This document shows, piece by piece, positions 57,560 to 64,000 of a DNA stretch of 64,000 bases (positions are counted from its first letter, which is position 1; each line of letters starts with the position of its first letter). This stretch comes from a virus. The stretch is from the IMG/VR virus record IMGVR_UViG_3300032268_001411, positions 1-64,000 of that record; one strand, written 5' to 3'. Below the pieces are notes generated by a model that was not told the DNA's origin, searched no databases, and was given only the letters and a program-made list of their open reading frames with translations. The position numbers and the translations under genes are program-made.

Positions 57560-59218
57560 TTAACCACATTCTGGACAACTAACCTCACCATGTCCATAAC
57601 AGTAATCACACTGTAAAGCACCATTCCCCTCACATTCACCACAATCTATACATCCTTCACCAGAACAATCCTCACATTTGAATGTACCTTCACCTGAACA
57701 ATCTTCACATTTGATAGTTCCTTCACTATCACATTCTCCACACTCTAATTTTCCTTTACCTTCACAACTGGAACACTCTTCCCCTTCTTCCCCTTCACCA
57801 CTTCCTTCACAATCAATACACTCTATATCTCCGTGACCAGAACAAGATTCACATTCTATCGTTCCGTCACCTGAACATTCACCACATTCAAAACTACCAT
57901 CGCCATCACAATTACTGCACTCTACTGTACCATTACCACCACAATAATCACACTCAACTTCACAGTTACCACCACATTCAGGACACTCAACTTCATTACC
58001 ACCACAATAATCACACTCACTACCTGCATATCCTCCACCAGTATCTGTAAGTTCCAAAGCATCACCATATTTTTTAGTAGAAAGAGTTCCATCATTAACA
58101 GAATAATATTTAAGTGTATCTACATATGGATAATAATCATAATGCTTTGCTTTTATCTCGACAACTATGGATCCGAAGTCAACTTCTTTACCCTCTGGAC
58201 TTATCATTTCAGAAGTTGACCAATGATCGTTATTGACTTTTCTATACCAGCCGTTTGCTTTTGCATATTGTCTAAAAAGTTCAAAGTCAGAATCTTCATG
58301 GACATAAGTTCTATCCATATAGATAATACCTTCTTTAGGTTCACTTAAAGTCCAAACTAACGCTCTACCTCTAATTTTTTTACCATCTTCTGTTTTTAAG
58401 ATTAATAGGCTACAAACATCTGGATTTTGAATATAAATCTGAAAGTATCTTTGACAATTATCATATCTCATACAAGAAGTAGAAAGTGTGCCTTTTGTCG
58501 TTCCTAATTGATAGTTATCCACGTGATACCAATATTTAATTTTATCACCTTTCACCAATTCAAAATGTCTAAAAACATCATTCTTTTGTTCAATCGCAGA
58601 TCTATATTTAGAAACAAAATCTTCAATCACTGTATCCGAAAAGTTTTGTTTAGCCGCACTCAATATAGCTCTAATTCCTCTACCAACACGAATTGGTTGA
58701 CGATTCATCAAGAAGGGTAAATTTGATATTTCTTCGTATCTAACCTTAGTTTCGTTGATTACAGTTGTACCACCGGGAAATTTAATTTTCAAGTAAATGG
58801 TACCACTGCTTGGTGATACAATTCTTTTTAGGACTTCCCCCTTTTCATCAATTTGTGGTTTATAAGCTTTCTCACCAACTGGTTCATACTCAAGAAGTTC
58901 AAATAGTTCAGAATTGGCTTCTGAGTGAGTTGGAATACCACCTCCACCCATATAATAGACAACTTTTTGAGCGTTTTCTGGCTTTAATATTTGTTGAGCC
59001 TTTTTATCGGTGATAAAAGAAATTTCTTCTTTGTTTTTTGTAATATCGATGTAATTATTAGTTAGGGTTAAATCATCACCTTTAGATTCGATATCGATTA
59101 AGGCTGTTGCTACTGGAGATTCAATTCCCCTAAGAATATTCTTGAAATCATCAGAATAAACTAAAACTGATTCTAAAAGTAGTGATTCAAGTAAAAAATC
59201 TTTGTATCTATTAATCAT
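57560..59218 (-). CDS. Leader-bearing multidomain protein with 14 DnaJ-type CxxCxGxG motifs
   Basis: MINRYKDFLLES; central SCMRY...GRALVW...YMDRTY domain; C-terminal Cys repeats. Confidence 0.75.
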   Translation of the reverse strand: MINRYKDFLLESLLLESVLVYSDDFKNILRGIESPVATALIDIESKGDDLTLTNNYIDITKNKEEISFITDKKAQQILKPENAQKVVYYMGGGGIPTHSEANSELFELLEYEPVGEKAYKPQIDEKGEVLKRIVSPSSGTIYLKIKFPGGTTVINETKVRYEEISNLPFLMNRQPIRVGRGIRAILSAAKQNFSDTVIEDFVSKYRSAIEQKNDVFRHFELVKGDKIKYWYHVDNYQLGTTKGTLSTSCMRYDNCQRYFQIYIQNPDVCSLLILKTEDGKKIRGRALVWTLSEPKEGIIYMDRTYVHEDSDFELFRQYAKANGWYRKVNNDHWSTSEMISPEGKEVDFGSIVVEIKAKHYDYYPYVDTLKYYSVNDGTLSTKKYGDALELTDTGGGYAGSECDYCGGNEVECPECGGNCEVECDYCGGNGTVECSNCDGDGSFECGECSGDGTIECESCSGHGDIECIDCEGSGEGEEGEECSSCEGKGKLECGECDSEGTIKCEDCSGEGTFKCEDCSGEGCIDCGECEGNGALQCDYCYGHGEVSCPECG

Positions 59219-59230
59219 ATTTAATTTTTT

Positions 59231-60289
59231 TTAATTTGCTTCTGTATATAACCAATCATATACTTGTTGAACATTCTCAAGTGCTGCTGCCACGTGATCT
59301 TCTGCCCAATCGTGTCCATTATTCAATAATTTATCTACTTCTTCTTCATCCATATCAAGTATATCTTCACAGAATCTAACCATATTCTCCAGGTTAGCAA
59401 AAAACATATAGTTATTATGTTTTTTTGATTCCTTAACTTTTTCTTCATAATCAGATTTATTCGTTAAGAAGTTATAAACGTGAGAAAGTGATTCTTTAGC
59501 TGTAGAAATATGTGTTTCAGCCCAATTGTGCCCATTAGAAAGTAAATCATCTACTTCATCTAAATCACAATCTAAGATTGCCTCTGCATATCTGTGAATT
59601 GTTTCAATGTTTCCGAAAAACATATAAGAAGAAGATCCTTCGTGAGAATACTCTTCTTCATCATCACACCCACAGTCGTCATCATCACATCCACAATCGT
59701 CCTCATCTTCTTCATAATCACCACCATCTAACATATCCATAATTGTTTCCATTTCATCTTCCATCTCACCACATTCACAATCATCACAACAATGGCAATC
59801 GGACTCACCTGTGCAATCATCACAACAACCACATCCCTGATAATCATCCTTCTCCTGTGGAGATGAACTATCATTTAGATTACGATTGGTTTGAGGAACT
59901 TGTGGATCGTTTACCAAAAATGAAACGAATGATTCAAAATTTTTAAGCTTTGTTGGCTCTACAACATCAGTATTGTTTTTGAAGAAATGATTTGGATTAA
60001 TGGCATCATCTACTACTTTGAGTGGTACCCCTTTATCTTGGGGAAAATCTTGTTGAATTTGTTTTTTTCTACCCCTTGTTTCATCTTCTGTTGAAGAGTC
60101 GTATTTGTGAGATACTTTATTATATTTTGATTTAAATTTATGTGGTAAATCATAGTTTGGTTCATCGATATAAGAACGTTCAATTTCTCCTAATTCATCT
60201 TTTTCCGCCCTTTCTTTGTTTACAAAATCTTTGAAATGTTGAATTCGAGAATAGGGTGTTTGATAGTTATTTGTGTTATCTTTTCTCAC
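59231..60289 (-). CDS. Acidic Cys-rich protein with a duplicated helical His-containing domain
   Basis: GCGCCDDCTGESDCHCCDDCECG; two copies of YMFFxNxE...LLxNGHxWAExH...VY. Confidence 0.65.
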   Translation of the reverse strand: MRKDNTNNYQTPYSRIQHFKDFVNKERAEKDELGEIERSYIDEPNYDLPHKFKSKYNKVSHKYDSSTEDETRGRKKQIQQDFPQDKGVPLKVVDDAINPNHFFKNNTDVVEPTKLKNFESFVSFLVNDPQVPQTNRNLNDSSSPQEKDDYQGCGCCDDCTGESDCHCCDDCECGEMEDEMETIMDMLDGGDYEEDEDDCGCDDDDCGCDDEEEYSHEGSSSYMFFGNIETIHRYAEAILDCDLDEVDDLLSNGHNWAETHISTAKESLSHVYNFLTNKSDYEEKVKESKKHNNYMFFANLENMVRFCEDILDMDEEEVDKLLNNGHDWAEDHVAAALENVQQVYDWLYTEAN

Positions 60290-60329
60290 TTTTTTAAGTT
60301 AATTTTTTGATTATTTATATATTAAAATA

Positions 60330-61019
60330 TTATTTTAGCTTTTCGTCCAAAATTTTAGCAATGTTACTTCCTATCATAAAGTGGATATTTTGTAGTGTAT
60401 CGGATTCTATTGTTTGATAATCATCTAAAAATCTAAATTGAAATTTATAGGTATCAAAATCATCTTTTTCTTTGCCTTCCCTTTTAGATATTGAGAGGAA
60501 AATCCTATAATTATTATTGATATTGATTTCAAAATCAAATGTAATTTTATCACAAGGTACAGTTTTGAATTTGGGATTGTAAAGTACTTCAAATATAGAA
60601 TAGTCGGTAATTTTTGCCCTTTTCATATAATAGTTTAAGAACATTGCTGGTGCTTCGATAAAATCTGATAAGATTTGAATATCTTGTCCGAAGTCATTTG
60701 ATTCTATAATATCTCCTACTTTATTTTTTAGTTCTACCACATTCCTAAATTCAACTTTTCGATAAACACAATTAATATCATAAAGATAAATAAATGAATT
60801 ATCAATTAAATTTATTTTATCTAAATCAGTTTTGAATACAAATTTTGTATGTATGATTAAGGTATCAACAGTTGATAAATTATGTACAGATATGACTAAT
60901 TTATAGAACTCTTTATTGTCTGATAATTCATAAACTGATTCTACAGAAGATACTTTACCTTCTTCTTCTTCAAAGATTTCTTTGAAAGCGCTTTCTATTT
61001 CAGATATTTTTGTTTTCAT
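60330..61019 (-). CDS. Hypothetical protein
   Basis: 229-aa ORF in the minus-strand operon. Confidence 0.6.
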   Translation of the reverse strand: MKTKISEIESAFKEIFEEEEGKVSSVESVYELSDNKEFYKLVISVHNLSTVDTLIIHTKFVFKTDLDKINLIDNSFIYLYDINCVYRKVEFRNVVELKNKVGDIIESNDFGQDIQILSDFIEAPAMFLNYYMKRAKITDYSIFEVLYNPKFKTVPCDKITFDFEININNNYRIFLSISKREGKEKDDFDTYKFQFRFLDDYQTIESDTLQNIHFMIGSNIAKILDEKLK

Positions 61020-61035
61020 TTTGTTTTCTTTTTTT

Positions 61036-61914
61036 TTAAATGTATTGATATCCTTTTATTTTTTCTGGTACAGTAATACCTGCTTCCCCACAAGCTTCTT
61101 CAAATCTATGTTTGACTATTTGATTTGGAGCTCTAAAGTAATTGTAGTCTAAACTATATTGAAATGATTTAAAATTGGGAAATAATTTATAGACATTATG
61201 TATAGGGTTATCTTCTATATCAAAATTTCTCCCAATTTTAACAAATTCTAATTCATCATTTATAATAGTTAATTGATTATTTGAACAATAAAAATCACCA
61301 CCTACTCCTTTAGGACAACCCTCTAATGTAGTTAATTTATTGTTATAACACCAAAAACTATCAACTACTTCCTTAGGGCAACCCTCTAATGTAGTTAATT
61401 TATTGTTATGACACCAAAAATTACCACCTACTTCCCCCGGGCAGCCCTCCAATGTAGTTAATTTATTATTATGACAATTAAAATTACCACCTACTTTCCC
61501 CGGACATCCCTCTAATGTAGTTAATTTATTGTTATCGCAATTAAAATTACCACCCACTTTCCCCGGGCATCCCTCTAATGTAGTTAATTTATTATTATGA
61601 CAATGAAAACTACCACCTACTTCCCCTGGACACCCCTCTAATGTAGTTAATTTATTATTGTGACAATAAAAATTACCACCTACTTCCTTAGGACACATAT
61701 TTAAATTATCTAAGTTATTGTATTCGCAAAAAAAGCTACCCGTAACTCTACCAAATTTTAGAGGAAGTTTAGATAGGTTTTTTTCGGATACTCTAACATT
61801 CCCATCAACATCAACCGTTCCATCTTCATTTATAGTATAATTTTGTATACCATATTTTTTGCAAATAGAGTCAATATCTTCAACTGATTCATTAAACTTT
61901 TTTAAGTATTTCAT
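61036..61914 (-). CDS. 22-aa LRR-like solenoid protein B with leader
   Basis: About 8 repeats GGxFxCxNNKLTTLEGCPxxV; caps closely similar to 50226..50858. Confidence 0.85.
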   Translation of the reverse strand: MKYLKKFNESVEDIDSICKKYGIQNYTINEDGTVDVDGNVRVSEKNLSKLPLKFGRVTGSFFCEYNNLDNLNMCPKEVGGNFYCHNNKLTTLEGCPGEVGGSFHCHNNKLTTLEGCPGKVGGNFNCDNNKLTTLEGCPGKVGGNFNCHNNKLTTLEGCPGEVGGNFWCHNNKLTTLEGCPKEVVDSFWCYNNKLTTLEGCPKGVGGDFYCSNNQLTIINDELEFVKIGRNFDIEDNPIHNVYKLFPNFKSFQYSLDYNYFRAPNQIVKHRFEEACGEAGITVPEKIKGYQYI

Positions 61915-62903
61915 ATGTATTCGTAACCCCTTATTTTTTGTGGGAATACTTTCCTTTTTTTCTTAATATTAGGATTGTCACTATAATATTCTTCCCATAA
62001 CACTTCATATACTTCTTGAAATCTACTTCTGAATATTTTATTACCCCCAGCAAAATAATTCCATTCCATACTTTTTCGGAAATTTTCAAAGCCTGGCGCT
62101 AAAGTTCTATAGATTTCATATATAGGATTATCCTTGAAATTGAATTCAGCAACTCCGGTTCTTGTTTTTGTTCCAACACGAATACGACTGAAATTTTGAC
62201 CTACCAATGTAATCAGATTATTATTACAATATAAACCAACTCCGATTTCTTTAGGACAATAATCGATTGATGTCAATTGATTAAATGAACAATCAAAAGT
62301 ACCAGCAACTACATCCGGGCAACCTTTGAGCGATGCTAATTTGTTGTGTTTACAACTAAAATCCCCACCTATTACTTTAGGACATCCTTCAAGTGATGTT
62401 ATTTTGTTATAGGAAAAAAGTAATGATTTACCAATTTCTGGTAAATGTTCCAGTGATGTCAATTGATTGTAGGAACATACAAAATTACCATCAATCTTTT
62501 TTGGTGCACCTTTTAATGATGTTAGGTTACTGTGTGCACAAACAAAATCACCAGTAACTTCATCTGGACAATTTTCCAATGTTGAAAGTGGGTTGCTATA
62601 GAACAAAAAATCACCATTAACTTTACCAAGTTTTATAGGTAATTTTTCCATTGGTTTTACTATGATAACATCACCATCAACATCGATAAATCCATTTTCA
62701 TTAATTGTGTAATTTTTAATCTCCAATTGTTCACAAACGAATCCTTTAACTTTATTTTCAATTTCTGGATGTCCAGACGCTATTAATAAAGCTAAATCTA
62801 TATCGTCCATATTTCCAGTTGAAATTAACTTCTTTAGATTTTCAATCTCTTCAGGATTTAAATTTTCCTTAATATAATTTTTATATTTTTTCAAATATTT
62901 CAT
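61911..62903 (-). CDS. 22-aa LRR-like solenoid protein C with leader (more diverged)
   Basis: GDFxCxxNxLTSLxGCP repeats; ends GYEYI with ATGA overlap into LRR B. Confidence 0.8.
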   Translation of the reverse strand: MKYLKKYKNYIKENLNPEEIENLKKLISTGNMDDIDLALLIASGHPEIENKVKGFVCEQLEIKNYTINENGFIDVDGDVIIVKPMEKLPIKLGKVNGDFLFYSNPLSTLENCPDEVTGDFVCAHSNLTSLKGAPKKIDGNFVCSYNQLTSLEHLPEIGKSLLFSYNKITSLEGCPKVIGGDFSCKHNKLASLKGCPDVVAGTFDCSFNQLTSIDYCPKEIGVGLYCNNNLITLVGQNFSRIRVGTKTRTGVAEFNFKDNPIYEIYRTLAPGFENFRKSMEWNYFAGGNKIFRSRFQEVYEVLWEEYYSDNPNIKKKRKVFPQKIRGYEYI

Positions 62904-62906
62904 ATT

Positions 62907-63659
62907 TTATTTATACCTCCTATCATAAGCTAATCTTCTAGCTTTAATTATTCTTTCTATATATCCATTCCTTCTTAACAATTTGAAAACCAAATTCTCA
63001 ACCGAGAATTCACCATCTTTTTGAAGTCCAGCCTTTCTCGAATCTTTAATCTTCTTCCAAAGTTTTTTTATCTTCTCAGCCACATCTTCTAAATCACCAC
63101 TGGACTCAATATCCTCTTCAATATCTTTAACTCCTGACATAAATTTTTCTGCCTTACTACGAATTAATTCTTCATCCGGCACAAAATCTGCCCTAGTTGG
63201 TTTTACTACCCATTCATCATTCATTAGAGAATAAACACCAGTAGATATTCTATCGTGACCTAAATCTTCACAAAATAGTTCAACTTCAAAACCTAAGATT
63301 CTAATATCGTGTTGAAGTTTCCATACCTTCTCTTTAGCATCTAAATACTTTTGTACTAATTCCCTATTATCATCTACTTTAGAAAAATCAAAGATTAAAT
63401 GAACATCGAAATCAGAATAATCACTCCAATTATAATTGGCTAGGGAACCCGTAAAAACAACATCCCTTAATTCTACATCACCCAATTCTAAATAATCAAA
63501 ATAATCGTTTGCTAATTGAAGTAAATTTTCTTTGATACTCTCATCTAATTCAAAATTATCCCAAATTTTAGGATTTAATTCATCTTTTAAGTGAAATGAT
63601 TTGATTGGTGCAAATTGTGCCTGGGCAAAATTCTGAAATTCTAAAATCTTTCTGAACAT
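62907..63659 (-). CDS. Pol-beta superfamily nucleotidyltransferase
   Basis: TGSLANYNWSDYSDFDVH (GS...DxD) plus a third acidic residue in EVELF. Confidence 0.8.
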   Translation of the reverse strand: MFRKILEFQNFAQAQFAPIKSFHLKDELNPKIWDNFELDESIKENLLQLANDYFDYLELGDVELRDVVFTGSLANYNWSDYSDFDVHLIFDFSKVDDNRELVQKYLDAKEKVWKLQHDIRILGFEVELFCEDLGHDRISTGVYSLMNDEWVVKPTRADFVPDEELIRSKAEKFMSGVKDIEEDIESSGDLEDVAEKIKKLWKKIKDSRKAGLQKDGEFSVENLVFKLLRRNGYIERIIKARRLAYDRRYK

Positions 63660-63678
63660 GATATTTTAGTAATCTTAT

Positions 63679-63700
63679 TTTAATATATATATATATTAAA
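63679..63700. promoter_or_regulatory. Perfect 22-bp palindrome containing back-to-back TAATATATA late-promoter motifs
   Basis: tttaatatatatatatattaaa between divergent genes. Confidence 0.6.
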
Positions 63701-63720
63701 CTAAGACATACAATTTTTAT

Positions 63721-64000
63721 ATGATTAAATCTTATTACCAATTTATAATAGAATCCGTGCTATTTACCTCAAATCAATTCAAAGATATCTTGAAGTCTAT
63801 TGATGATGTAATCGCAAAAGACTTTCTCGAACTAATCGACCAGGATATAAAAACTACTTTTAATGCACTTAATGTCACTGATAAGAATGACACTATATCT
63901 TTTATTCCTGATAACCAATTTCAAAATAAAATCAAATCATCTAATTTAGAAAATTTATTAAAAGATGATAAAAATAAAACATCTGTAGGTCGCCTTATAC
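63721..64000 (+). CDS. Leader-bearing protein (partial), N-terminal domain paralogous to 57560..59218
   Basis: Manual translation MIKSYYQFIIESVLFTSNQFKDILKSI...ISFIPD...TSVGRLI, open to the window end. Confidence 0.75.
   Translation, partial: MIKSYYQFIIESVLFTSNQFKDILKSIDDVIAKDFLELIDQDIKTTFNALNVTDKNDTISFIPDNQFQNKIKSSNLENLLKDDKNKTSVGRLI

Noticed and set aside
1118-59946. Short antisense or overlapping ORFs in the track (e.g. 1118, 2468, 8047, 8950, 11618, 33029-33332, 37026, 38409, 57314, 58508)
   Set aside because: Most are shadow frames of well-supported genes, and none shows motifs or expression signals.
61260-61760. LRR repeat variability as a diversity-generating retroelement target
   Set aside because: No reverse transcriptase or template repeat is present in the window, and the differences are not restricted to adenines.
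1-64000. Stop-codon reassignment (TAG/TGA recoding seen in some large phages)
   Set aside because: Core genes are full length in code 11, and TAG or TGA end several genes at expected positions (e.g. terL-C 19351, gp15-like 24657).

Overview
This window is an AT-rich segment of a large T4-like (myovirus, probably jumbo) phage genome read in standard code 11. It holds most of the morphogenesis core: collagen-repeat fibre, gp26/gp51/gp25-like baseplate proteins, a 1408-aa tail sheath, gp15-, gp4- and gp2-like proteins, portal, a prohead protease-scaffold fusion and the major capsid protein. Other genes encode a gp55-like late sigma factor, clamp loader, ThyA, Fpg/Nei, a Dam-like methylase, ClpS and a tmRNA. 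A Bacteroidota host is inferred from TAnnTTTG promoters and the lack of Shine-Dalgarno sites. Main unusual points: (1) the terminase large subunit is split across two genes by an atypical split intein, with a free-standing endonuclease between them; (2) at least 13 otherwise diverse proteins share an N-terminal leader resembling the T4 capsid-targeting sequence, suggesting a large head-packaged cargo set; (3) short, degenerate paralogues of the prohead protease and capsid protein, plus PolB- and RNA-ligase-like remnants, may act as decoys; (4) three variable LRR-solenoid genes, one flanked by a 34-bp duplication of its leader; (5) four endonuclease/Mom-like GNAT fusion genes sit beside essential genes; (6) a self-complementary TATATA late-promoter motif, and a late sigma gene lacking a canonical start codon. 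All calls come from motif recognition by eye; no database searches were run.
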